From the human T2T-CHM13v2.0 reference genome, Homo sapiens: a DNA stretch of 64,000 bases. Position numbers and translations under genes: made by a program. The stretch lies in NCBI RefSeq assembly GCF_009914755.1, contig NC_060934.1; one strand, 5' to 3'. Within the stretch, counting starts at the first letter, position 1. The number at the start of each line of letters is the position of its first letter. This document shows, in pieces, positions 41,760-53,920 of this stretch. The notes below the pieces were generated by a model, which worked only from the letters and a program-made list of their open reading frames with translations, made no database searches and was not told the origin of the DNA.

Positions 41760-41985
41760 AATAAAAATGGCTTACATTTATTGAGCCTTTGTTATGTGAC
41801 AGCACACTGCCTACATTATCTTATGTAGAGGTATGGCAGGCACTAGTGTTGTCCTAACTTTGGAGGTGACAGCAGGGAGGCTCAGAAGGGCTAAGGTGCT
41901 TGGCCAAGGCCATAGGACTAGTAAGCGGTGGAACAGGGATTCCAACGTGGTGTGCCTGACTCCAGGAACTCATTCTTAACCCCAG
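41760..41985 (-). mobile_element. MIR
   Basis: ACATTTATTGAGC...GAGGCTCAGAAGGGCTAAG...GCCTGACTCCA. Confidence 0.7.
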
Positions 41986-42037
41986 GCAAAATCCCATGGC
42001 CAAGATGGTGGAACAATCAGGAGTTTGGCTCTCCTTG

Positions 42038-42432
42038 TGATATAGTTTGGATGCCCCACCAAATCTCATGTTGAGATGTAATTTCCAGCACTGAAGATGG
42101 GGCCAGGTGCAAGGTGTTTGGGTCATGGGGCAGATCCCTCATGGCTTGGTGCTATCCTCGGGATAGTGAGTTCTCTTGAGATCTGGTTGTTTAAGTGTAA
42201 CACCCCCCCACACACAACTACCTTGTTCCTGCTCTGCCATGTGAGATACCAGCTCCCCCTTTGCCTTCTGCCATGATTGTAAGTTTCCTGAGGCCTCCCC
42301 AGAAGCCAAGCAGATGCCAATGTCATGATTCCTGCACATCCTGCAGAACTGTGAGCCAATTAAACCTCTTTTCTCTATAAATTACCCAGTCTCAGGTATT
42401 TCTTTATAGCAATGCAATAACAGCCTAACACA
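42038..42432 (+). mobile_element. MSTB-like MaLR solo LTR
   Basis: TGATATAGTTTGGATG ... CCTGAGGCCTCCCCAGAAGCCAAGCAGATGCC ... CCTAACACA; flanks CCTTG and CCTCA. Confidence 0.92.
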
Positions 42433-42581
42433 CCTCATTCCCTGTGCATGAATCAGCTGTGCATGGAAGTAGGGCAAGAAAAGAACTGATGCAATTTCAG
42501 AGATGCCTTCTCCAGTGCCCTTTCTAACGTCTTGCCTGCTCCCTACCCTGTTAGCTAAATCATTCCCACCTGTCTACATGA

Positions 42582-42903
<322 letters not shown>

Positions 42904-43489
42904 GATTGTAATTATTTCTTTACCTGCCTTTTTTCCCTTCTGAACTGGGGGATACTTGGCATTCAGCCTATAGTAGGTGCTTGAGAAAGGCTTGTGATAT
43001 GAGTGAATGAATCTGCTGGAGACGGTGTCAAAATAACCCAGGAACAGGGTTCAGCCTCCTCCTAACCCTCAGTCTGGTTTGCTCTGCAGTTTAGCCCCAA
43101 CTCCCAACCCCTCATCACAAAAATGTCAGCCCAGAATTTACTCTTGGGAATTTCCCCAGGACGGGTGCCACAGGTGGGTATGCCACTCAGGCCACCTTCT
43201 CTTCCAAATTCCACAGCCCAGAGCTCTGAGCAGCCTCTCTCCAAGGCAGGGTGGGCAGCCTCACTGCTGGCCTGGGAGTCAAAGCCAGAACAATGCAGGG
43301 GTTCTGGGCCTGGCAAGGTGGGTGGCAGCCATTGCTGTGGGCCACAGGATTTGAAGGGAGTTCTCTGTGCACTAGGTCAGGTTTCCTGGTGGTGGGGTGG
43401 CCACCCAGCCCATTAGATTTTCCTAGGGACAAGGTGGTTTTGTGGCTCCATTGGCAAATATATCAACTGCTGACCTATGAGCCAGCAGC

Positions 43490-43668
43490 TGTTCTTGCTT
43501 TTTATACACTGCCTTACCTTATCCTCACAACACCTATGAGACACATGTCATTAGGCCCATTTTGCAGATGAAGAAACTGAGTGGCAAAAGGTAAATGCCC
43601 TGTCTGAAGCCAATAAGCCAAGAAGGGGCAGAGTGGGGTCCAAGACTAGCTTGGTGAGATACAAAGCC
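43490..43668 (-). mobile_element. MIR
   Basis: ATCCTCACAACACCTATGAG...CCCATTTTGCAGATGAAGAAACTGAG. Confidence 0.7.
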
Positions 43669-43873
43669 TGTACCACATGGCTCTGGAGAAGAAAACAGCC
43701 TGGGACTGAAGGGCACACGTGGTGTTCACTAAACCACTGGTGCCCAGGCTCCCAGCTGACAGCATCATGACAAGGTAACAACTTCGCATGGCTGGGTAGC
43801 AAAATGGCAGCCACTTTCTCTGTGGGTTCTGTGCCTGAATCCCTTCCCGAGCTCATCCTCACAGAAGTTATTT
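43669..43873 (+). repeat. Local non-tandem duplication, copy 2 (205 bp)
   Basis: Direct repeat of 41030-41238. Confidence 0.95.
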
Positions 43874-44299
43874 TCTTTGCACCCATATGGGCCACAGTGT
43901 ATGCAGGGCATATCAAAGTGAAAACCACCAGATTGTGGGCTGGAGTAGGAGATGACAGAGAAACTTGAATAATATGTAGCAAGTCATCACCTGCTTTGGG
44001 CCCAGAGGAGAGAGGAGTTAATGCCAGCAGGGGCTCTGGGAAATCTTCCAGGAACAGGTGGCGGCTGAGGTGGGTCCTAGAGGATGGCAAGGTTTGGGAT
44101 CGTTTGCTTCAAGTGTTGCACGTGGCCTGGTACCATTGGCTCCTGGACATCATGTGTTGGAGGCCCCATCCCCCAGCACTTAGGCAACAACCAACAATTT
44201 TCAGTGTCACAAAGCTTTTTTCCAACAACTCCCCCCAAGCACTGTGGGGTAGCGACATGGGGCTCCCACTATGGGTACACTGAGTAGGTCCTAAGGCTT

Positions 44300-44430
44300 C
44301 CTAGCTATGTGATTTTCTGTGCCTCAGTTTCTGCATCTGCAAAATGGGGCCAATATTAGTAGTCCCTACTTCTAGGGCTTAGCACATAGTGAGTGTTGAT
44401 TAAATCAAAAGATTATAACCATTACCCATC
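44300..44430 (+). mobile_element. MIR
   Basis: TCTGTGCCTCAGTTTCTGCATCTGCAAAATGGGG. Confidence 0.75.
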
Positions 44431-45439
44431 ATTATCATTTCTGCAGCCAGCTTCCTGGTGGAATAGGGAGGCTAACTTGCCTTTGAACAAATCCCAGCCT
44501 CAATTTCCTCCACTGGGCATCTTTAACCTCCACAGCACCTTTGTGTCGGAGTCTTCTCTTAGCTCCCTTCTGGAATTGTAGGATGGATTGTGTGTGCCCC
44601 ATAAAAGGCTGTGTGTACAAAAGCAGAGCTAAGAGGACAGGAGACAGATGCAAACCGTTGTGTTGGCTTCTCAGCCAGGAGGGATTTGATTTTTAAAAAA
44701 TTGCATTATCTTAAATAAATCTGATCTTAGCTCTGATTCAGTAACTGGGTGATTTCAGGCACCTTATTTCTATTAGCCTCGGTTTCCTCTTAACTCCTAC
44801 GGGGTTAGGGAACATACACGAAATACATATGTCAATTTCTGGCATGGTAAACTGCACATAGAAAGCACCTGGTGTACTAGCTACTGTTGTTTTCCTCCTC
44901 ATCCCTGGCTCTCCTCCCATTTTCTCTTCCTCTTCCTCCGCCTCCATTTTCTCTTTCTCCTTGCTGGAAGACTCCATTCCCCATTTTTTGTCCTGGATCG
45001 GTTAAAAGTTTCAATAGGCCCCTAAGGTGTCCTTCCTTAGGCATTATGAGCAGCAAGCATGACATCAGGTGGCTTTCCATGGCTGACCATCTGACTGTGG
45101 GAAGAAGATGATAAAAGACCCCTGGGCCCATGGCTTGGCACAGAGCTCTTCAGATCTAAAAGTAGGAAGTTGAGAGCAAACAGGGGCTGCATCTTGGGTG
45201 GTGAGACTCTCTAACCCCCATCATAAAGAAATTGCAGCTGTCAGGGCCACGGAGCTCCCATCCCAGGGAGAGATGCTTACAGCCAGAGCCTGCAGTGATG
45301 CAAAAGGGTGACATGACTCAACTTGGAATGATTTCCAGTTACACCCATGAAGAGGAGAGCAATCACTCCCAGGGAAGGTATACTTGTTCTCTGGTGCTGG
45401 TTGCTCTCCTTATCCTATAGCAATGTCTGCATGTCTGTT

Positions 45440-45980
45440 CTTTTTCATTCATTAAGCAAATGCTTATTGGGTGTCTGCTATGTATCCTAGGTAATAAAAA
45501 TAAACCAGGGACTAAAATAGATATAGATTCTACCCCTACTGGAGGTTTCTATCTAGTGGGGAGACACACACACACACACACACACACAAAACAAGTATAC
45601 AAACACAACTATATAATTGCAAATAGTAATAAATGCTGCAAAGGAAACAGACAAAGTGAAACACCCTAAGAGGAGGGGCACCTATTGAAGTAGTCAGGGA
45701 AGGACTCTGGGACTCGGTGACATTGAAGCTGAGAGCTAAAGCATGAGAAAGGACACATGGTGGGAAGAAAGGATGAGATGAGGTGAGGGAACAGAACCGC
45801 CAAGCCCAGCCCTGGGTCAGGGAAGGGGTCGGTGTGCTGGGGAGGCCGAGAGACAGAGGGCAGAGGCAGAAATAGGAGCTGTCATGCAGGGCCCTAGAGG
45901 CCATGGCAAAGTGCCTGCATGTCATTCTCAGTGGGGATTGGGGCAGCCGCAGCAGGATTTTAAGTAAGGGATGACATGGA
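45440..45980 (-). mobile_element. L2 fragment containing a (CA)n tract at ~45564-45588
   Basis: TTCATTCATTAAGCAAATGCTTATTGGGTG; GTCAGGGAAGGACTCT...GGTGACATTGAAGCTGAGA. Confidence 0.7.
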
Positions 45981-47829
45981 TGTCAATGAGCAGGTACAGC
46001 TGCTCACAGGCAATGGGAACTGAATTTCACTGCTCTCTGGAGGTGGTTTTCAGAACATGCTTCACATTTGTAAGGGGCACTGGGCCAGGTTGTGGTAAGA
46101 ATATCATAAAAACATTTGATCTCATCCATCAGAGAGCAAGGGGCTGCAAGGAGTGGGGACAAGTGGGCTATCTAACCCAGATGAAGACTCGCAGTGCTGA
46201 AATTCCAGGCATGTCTGCTAATTGAACACTTGAGTAGCACTTACTATGGGCTAGCACGTCCCTGTGGGGCAGGTAGAGTTGCTAGAGAATGCTGTCATTT
46301 TTCTAGAGGACGTAGAAACCTTATTTGTGAGCCTTACCCATTTGAAATTAAGAGTCTACTTCTCAAAGGTTCTGTGAGGCTAATAGGAAGTGATGAGTGC
46401 TACATGCCGGTATTATTCTTAAGAAATAGCCATTTTCCACCCCTGCTTTTTTTTGTCTATAGAAAACAGTTTTCCAAGCAGAAAAAAAAACCGAAACCAT
46501 GTAATTAGAATTATAGGCAATTTTGAACTTAGCTTAGGCACACATTTCAATCCTGTTGCAAACACCCATTCAGCACAATTGCCGGGCTAATTATAAATCA
46601 TTTCTTTTTATTCATTAAGCCAGAGTCCCTGAGGGCCTCCACAGAGGTGTGTTCTATTGGATGGTTTCAAGGTCCTCTGTGTTTGACGGACCTCCTTTGT
46701 CATCTGGTGTCGGGGGACAGGCCTAACAGGTGTTTTACAGCTCAGTCAGGCCATATCAGGTTCTTATTGAAAATGCTTAAATTTCAGAAAACACACTTGG
46801 CCTCACACCATAGCCAAAACCATATGAGGCAAAAAGATGTTGTTACAGCGCTCTTCTGAACTCAAAAGGATAAAATGTATCTTTCTTTAACATCAGTTCA
46901 AATTGGAGAAGTTTGAATGTTTAATGATTTTTAAAAACTGTTATTTCTTTGTACTTGACAAGATTTCCCCTTTGGAGTGGGTTTGTTTGAGTGAAAGCTC
47001 TTAACCAAAGACTGCATTTTGAGGTCTGAGATTATATTTTCAATACCTACCAGAAGTTAGCTGGTGCAGCTGCTTTGTATGAAAAAGTATGAATATGTGG
47101 TTTTGGTTAAATTATGGAATTTTAAAACATTGTAGTACCTTTAGAAAAAGACAACTATGCCTAAAAATCTTATTTTAAAAATGTGAGCATATAATGAACT
47201 TCAATGCTTCGATACATGGTCCGGCCAGACTAATTCAAATGAATTTACATTGGTCACAATATTTACATTTAAAAGGTGTAATTTTCTGAATGCAATAATG
47301 ATGTCAAAAGGAGTTTTGAGGTCCTTGGGGGTATTTTTTCCAACACTATCTTTGTGAAGTTTTGCTCAAGTGTCTTTCTTGATAGTTGTAAAAGAAATGG
47401 TATAACCCTCACAGGGTCACAGCTCTGACATCCCTGTTTCACTGGAGGGAGAACATGTGGCCTCTGCCTTTAGGGTGTTTAGAGGGCAGGAGAGGCAAGC
47501 CAGAGGAAACAGACACTCCAGGCTCCACTCTGCTCCATTATGGGACCACATTCTCAAAAACACTCGTGTGTGTGTTTGTGTGTGTGTGTTGTGTTGTTGT
47601 TGTTCTTTTTAACCTATGTTTTTTGGAATTTCGTGGTGAGATTGCTTAGTTTAACCGAAACTTAGAATGATTTCCTCAATGGCCAAGAACGATAAAACTA
47701 GATTCAGTTGTGAGTTCTGGCTTTCAAATGGAAGCTGGCTTGCCTAGAGATAGATAGGTTTGCTTATCTGTCAATGGGCCAGTGAACCTGGCCCAAATGC
47801 AAATGAGGCAAAGCAAAACAAAACAAAAA

Positions 47830-49630
47830 CAATGATAGAGAAAGGACAGAGATATAGATCAATTGGACAGAATATAGGGTGCAGAAACAGACCCGCGCAT
47901 ACATGGTTGATTGATTTTTTTGACAAAGGTGCAAAGGCAATTCCATGGTGAGAGGATGGTCTCCTTAATGAATGGTGCTAGAGCAATTCAATATCCATGT
48001 ACTAAAAATGAAGCTTAATCCAGGCCTCACATTCCATACAAAACTGACTCAAAACAAATTACAGATCTAAATATAAAATATACAATGATAAGGCTGTTAA
48101 AAGACGTCAAAAGAACATCACTTTGCCGTAAAGCCATCAAGGTTTTATACATTGGACAGAAAGTATTTTTTAGGTACAACATTAAAAGGATGATCCATTA
48201 AAGAAAAAAATAAATTTGATCTCATCAAAATAAAAACTTTTGTTTTTCAAAAGACAGTTAAAAAAATAAAAAATAAAACCGCCACACATCAAGAAAAAAA
48301 TATTCACAAATGACACATCTAATAAAATACTTGTATGCAGAGAATACATATAAGGAACTCTCACATCTCAATGAGAACACAAAAGCCTATTTTTAAAAAA
48401 TGGGACTGGGTGTGGTGGCTCACGCCTGTATTCCCAGCACTTTGGGAGATCGAGGCCGGCAGATCACGAGGTCAGGAGTTTGAGACCAGCCTGGCCAACA
48501 TGGTGAAACCCTGTCTCTACTAAAAATACAAAAATTAGCTGGGTGTGGTGGCGCTTGTCTGTAGTCCCAGCTACTCGGGAGACTGAGGCAGAAGAATCGC
48601 TTGAACCCAGAGGCGGAGGTTGCAGTGAGCTGAGATTGTGCCACTGTACTCCAGCCTGAGTGACAGAGTGAGACTCCATCTCAAAAAAAAAAAAAAAGGA
48701 CAAAATATTTGAATAGAAACATCAACAAAGAAGATACACAATGCAAATAAAGTTATAAAAATATGTATCAGCCTTTAGGGAAATGTAAATTAAAACCGTA
48801 ATTTAGACACCTCTCCACACTTCTTAAAATGGCTAAAAAAAAAAAAAAACAAAAATGGACATACCAAGTTTTGGTAGAGATAGGTAGAACTGGAACCCTC
48901 ATACATTGCTAGTTGGCATACAAAATGGTACATCCACTTTGGAAAGCTGTTTGGTAGTTTCTTGTTATGTTAAACACACACTTATCAGATGACTCAACGA
49001 TCTTACCTACTCCTAGGTATTTACCCAAGTGAGAGGAAAATTTACGTTCGCACAACAACTCTATGTGAATGTTTACAGAGGCTACATTTATAATCACAAA
49101 CAGCTGAAAACAACTCAGATATTCCTCAACTGTGGAATAGATAATGGAAGATCCATACAACGGGTGACGACATTAAAGGTACGCCAGATAACATCACTCA
49201 TCATGTCCCATGAATATCAGGAGGTACCCACTAATGCAATGGGGGCACCTCACCTCTGTGGCGTTCTCCCCACCAAACCCTCACTCTAACTGAGGAAAAT
49301 GTCAAACAAATGCAGATTGAGAGACATTCTACAAAACACTGACCAGTACACCTCAAAACTATCAAGGCCATGAGAAAGAGAAACGACTGAGAGATGGTCA
49401 CAGATTTTCTGGAACAAAGAAAGGACATTCATGATAAAAAAAAAAAAAAAGAAACTGGCAGAATTCAAATAAGGTCTGGAACTTAGGTGAGAGTAATATA
49501 TCAATATTGGTTTCGTAGTTTAGACAGATGTGTCATGGTAACGTACGATGGTAACATTAATAGAACGTGAAGCCAGGTGAAGAGTCTATAGGAACTCTGC
49601 ATTCTTTGCAAATTTTGTAAATCTTTAATT
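47830..49630 (+). mobile_element. Old L1M (L1MC/MD-like) ORF2 3' region and 3'UTR, interrupted by an Alu
   Basis: TTTTGACAAAGGTGCAAAGGCAATTC, CCACTTTGGAAAGCTGTTTGG, CTCCTAGGTATTTACCCAAG, GACATTCTACAAAA. Confidence 0.8.
48402..48697 (+). mobile_element. AluSg-like
   Basis: GATCACGAGGTCAGGAGTTTGAGACCAGCC; A tail. Confidence 0.95.
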
Positions 49631-49633
49631 ATT

Positions 49634-49934
49634 TCTTTTTTTGTTGCTTTGAGACAGGGTCTCGCTCTGTTACCCACACTGGAGTGCAGTGGTATGATCA
49701 CAATTCACTTCAGCCTTGACCTCCTGGGCTCAAGCGATCCCCCAATCTCAGCCTTCCGAGTAGCTGGGACCACTGGTGCACACCACCATACCCAGCTAGT
49801 TTGTTTTGATATTTTGTAGAGACAAGGTCTCACTATGTTGCCCAGGCTGGTCTTGAACTAATAGGCTCAAGCACTCCTTCCACCTCAGCCTCCCAAAGTA
49901 CTGGGATTACAGGAGTGAGCCACTCCACCCAGCT
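49634..49934 (-). mobile_element. AluJ
   Basis: GAGACAGGGTCTCGCTCTG, CAGCCTTGACCTCCTGGGCTCAAG. Confidence 0.93.
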
Positions 49935-50129
49935 GCTATACTCATTTCAAACTAAAAAATTATTTAAAAATAAATATGCCAGATGCATAGCAGGCACTCA
50001 ATAAATGATGATTATTACTATTCTTTTGAGGAGAAAGCATTGGTAGGAAAAGCAAATTACAAAACTGCCATCTTACATTGCATAGCAATTCAAAGATGTT
50101 AAATGGCTCCTACCAACATTATTTCACAT

Positions 50130-50490
50130 ATTGAGTCATAACAGCTTAGAGCTAGAAAAGATGTAAGTATTATCTGGCCCAATTCCCTCGTTTTCTAGAT
50201 AAAGAAACAGAAGGCCAAGAAAAAGGACCAAAAAGGGGAAAAATAACAGTAATGTTGCAGTAACAGAAATAATATTAAGAGTTTTTAAGAAGTTACCATA
50301 ACAACAGCAAACAACAACTATATCTCAGGCACTGTCCTAGGAACTTTGTGCTGATTTATAACAACCCTACAAGATACATTTTATAATAGTCTTTATTTTA
50401 CAAAGGGTGAAGCTGAGGGTCAGAGAGGTTAAGTAACATGCACAGGATCACACAGCTAGCAAGTCGTAAGGCTGGGCTTTGAACCAAGGA
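50130..50490 (-). mobile_element. Two MIR fragments
   Basis: CTAGATAAAGAAACAGAAGGCC; GAAGCTGAGGGTCAGAGAGGTTAAGTAAC...TCACACAGCTAG. Confidence 0.7.
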
Positions 50491-50533
50491 AAAGAAAGGG
50501 AACTAACACTCATTGGGCACCTACCACCTAGCA

Positions 50534-51046
50534 CAGGGGTCCCCATCCCAGGTCATGGAGCACCATGGCCTGTTAAGGACCTGACCACACAGTGGGAGGT
50601 AAGCGGTGGATGAGTGAGTGAAGTTTTATCTGTCTTTACAGCCACTCCCCATTGTTCCTGTTACTGCCTAAGCTCCGCCTCCTGTCAAGATCAGCGGCAG
50701 CATCAGATTCTCATAAGAATGTGAACCCTTTTGTAACTGTGCATGAGAGGGATCTAGGTTGCGTGCTCCTTATGAGAGTCTAATGCCTGATGATCTGTCT
50801 CCCATCACCCCCACATAGGACCATCTAGTTGCAGGAAAACAAGCTCAGGGCTCCTGCTGGTTCTACATTATGGTGAATTGTATAACTATTTCATTATAGA
50901 TTACAATGCAATAATAATAGAAATAAAGTGCACAATAAATGTAATGTTCTTGAATCATCCCCAAACCATCCCCCCACTGCCTGGTCCATGGAAAAATTGT
51001 CTTCCACAAAACCAGTCTCTGGTGCCAAAAAGTTTGGGGACCACTG
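50534..51046. mobile_element. MER1A hAT-Charlie DNA transposon inserted in a MIR
   Basis: CAGGGGTCCCCA ... TGGGGACCACTG TIRs; 8 bp TSD AC[C/G]TAGCA at 50526-50533 and 51047-51054. Confidence 0.92.
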
Positions 51047-52450
51047 ACGTAGCAGTCCAGGTGCCAAATATCTCCTCAACCTTAACCCACTGAACTCCTT
51101 ACAGATCAGTACCTTTATCCCAAATTCACCCATGAGGAACTCAAGGTTTATGTGATTGTCCTGCCACAAAGGTGCCAGATGGCAGAGCTGGGACTTGAAC
51201 TTGGCTCCTAGTGCCCTCGACCATAATTGGCTTAAGACTGGTAGAACAGGCCAGCAAGAGCAGACTGGAGGCCTTGCCTTTTCATTCACTTTTTGTTCTA
51301 CACTCAGGACAGCTTAGCTAACCTAGCTGTGCAGCTTTTACAGTTTTCTGTTTTACATGCAGAAAAGACATCTTCTGTCTATAATTCCTTAAGACTTGGG
51401 GAACTGACCTAGGGCTTTTAAGATCTCCAGGACACAGAATGACAAGCATATCCATTTTCCAAATTTCCAAATTCACCCAATACCTGTATTAACAGAGTCA
51501 GTAAGATGTTAACATACAACAATATTAGCTGAGGCTGATGTCTGATGCTCTGGCCAAGCCCTTACTGTCCGCGGCTGAGAGGATATGAAAAGTGTAACAT
51601 GTATTTAGACATATTGGGAAAAAGTACAAAGTGATCATCTGTTTGTATCCCCCTCCCATATGTGGCCACAAATGGAACACATTGAAAAGGTCATGAGAGA
51701 TCAGGAGATTTAGTGAACTGGGCACAATACAGCTTTGTGGTCCGGTTTATTTTCTCATGACAGTGTAAAATATAGATTGAGATAAACTAAAATCCCTCAT
51801 ATTTGGTTTTATAGCTTAAATTCATAAATTCTCCACATTCATTAGAAAGTGATGTATTATCTGCACCCACTTGAAAAGATAGTATCCCAAGGGATGGATA
51901 CAAGAATATTAAAAAAAAATTCCTGATCAAAGAAATATTGCTTCTTTCTTCCTTTCATTGAGCAGATGTGCAATGTGTCCAGAGAAAGAAATAGAGAAAT
52001 TCCTGAGTGATTTATTTGATGAACCTAGTCTTAACCGAGGTTATTGCATGCCTGATATCATGACGGGGATTATTAGTTTCTAGTTGAAAATGACCAGAGA
52101 GAGTCCTGTTCACTTCATCAATATGGTCCATTTATAGGTTGTCAGGGAGGCGACATCGTGCAGCCACGGCACTTTGTCTTGGAGTTATTTCTCTATTAGA
52201 TGCTTGCTTGTCTTCATCACGAAGACTTCTGGCTATTTAAGAAAACCCAGACCAGGGAAGATATGTCTGTTCTATCCCAGCATTTAAGACATTAAAAGCA
52301 GATGCATCACTTAGGAAAATGAGTCTTTTATTCATAGAGGCATCACAAAAGCACTTTTTGCCACAGAAAAATAAAAACAGATCAAAAAATGAACTTTTTT
52401 CGAGGGTGAGAGTTGACTTTGCTTTAGCTAAAAGAGATACTTCATATATC

Positions 52451-52781
52451 CAGTGGTTCCCAGATTTTGTGAAGCAATAAAATTATTTTTAAAAATTGGT
52501 GTATGGAGCTCTATGTAGGATTGGCAATTCTTTATTTTGCCAAATCAAATCATTCAAATCTTTTCAGAAATTTATATATTGTCTTCAACATTCTATAAAG
52601 AAAGGACATGTTAATACACACATGAGATTTTAAAAGCACATAAAAATTTTAAAAAGAACATAATCTCAGGGAAAAAAGCATTACTTCCTAGTAGAGAGAG
52701 CATAAAGGTCTCTCTCTATAGACTCAAGAAGCTGCAATCATTTATCAGAGCTGGTTTGCAGACAATCTTTGAGAACCCCTG
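52451..52781. mobile_element. Putative old hAT-Charlie MITE
   Basis: Imperfect TIRs CAGTGGTTCCCAGA and TTTGAGAACCCCTG; family not identified. Confidence 0.45.
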
Positions 52782-52899
52782 GAAAATCTGGTAGAATCTG
52801 TAAGGAGCGAGATTGATGTTAGAGATGAAAACTTCATGTTCTGAAATTTTTTTGTAATTCTAAAATACTTGACTAAATGGTTACAGCATGAACAGTAAT

Positions 52900-53150
52900 A
52901 ATGAGTAGGTAGTACCATTTATTAAGTACATACTAGATGTCAGCTCCTTGCTATGTGGGTGACATGTGGGTGTCTTTTAATCCTTGAAGCAACTGGTAAA
53001 ATCAGTATTATTATTGCCACTTTATGGATTAGACACCCAAGGCCTGGAGAAGTCACACATTTTGCCCAAGGAAATTCAATAGAAGTATTGGAGCTGGGAT
53101 CCCAATTCAGGTTCCTCTGAATCAGAAACCAGTGCACCAGCCACTCAGTA
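52900..53150 (-). mobile_element. MIR
   Basis: ACCATTTATTAAGTAC...TTGCCCAAGG...GGAGCTGGGAT. Confidence 0.65.
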
Positions 53151-53659
53151 CCCTGCCTCCTTCTGACTGTGTTCTACTCTACTGACTTACGGGCCTATTT
53201 TCCCGCATGTACTCAGTGTCTTTTTTTGCCTTCAAATCCTCAACACTCAGTGCAGAGCCTGACCAATAGGAGACACTTAATAAATGCTTATTTTTAAAGA
53301 AATGAGTAAATGAAGACTTCTAGTTTTGGAAATTTGTTTTGCACATAGGATGCTGTGAGGATTAAATCAGATCATGTAACAAAGCACTTAAAACCACGCC
53401 TGACATACACAGGAAGTCCCTGATATATGTGAGTGACTGACTTTCATTACGGGTGTTGAGAAAATCAGCTTACCTTTGAGAAAGCTCTCCTGGCTTGGTC
53501 TGCTGGAGAAGTACTAGCAGCCTCACAGAGGAATCTTCTAGCTGAGTATCTTCTATAGAAAGATGTAAGAAAAAAAATTCAGAAATGACAATTTATAAAA
53601 TGCCCCTGTGTCCTTTTTTGTTCTTCTTTTGCTGCATATTATCATTATAACACGTCATG

Positions 53660-53920
53660 ATTTTTATATATATTTATTATATATATTATTCTATAATATA
53701 TACTATGCATACTTGTATTATATAATTTTATAATATATAATTATATGAAATATATAGATTCTATAGAATATATATAGATTACATATAGATGAGAATATAT
53801 ATTCAATATATATGATATACATAGAATATTGATAATATTGATGGGAATATATATATTCAATATATATCACATATATTGAATGTTGATTCTCTAGATAGAT
53901 CATAGATCTATAATATAAAG
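53660..53920. repeat. AT-rich low-complexity / degenerate (TA)n
   Basis: Seen directly. Confidence 0.85.

Noticed and set aside
43551-44090. 179 aa ORF sharing peptide similarity with the 40823-41132 ORFs
   Set aside because: Similarity is explained by the DNA duplication; indels break the frame between copies, so no coding constraint
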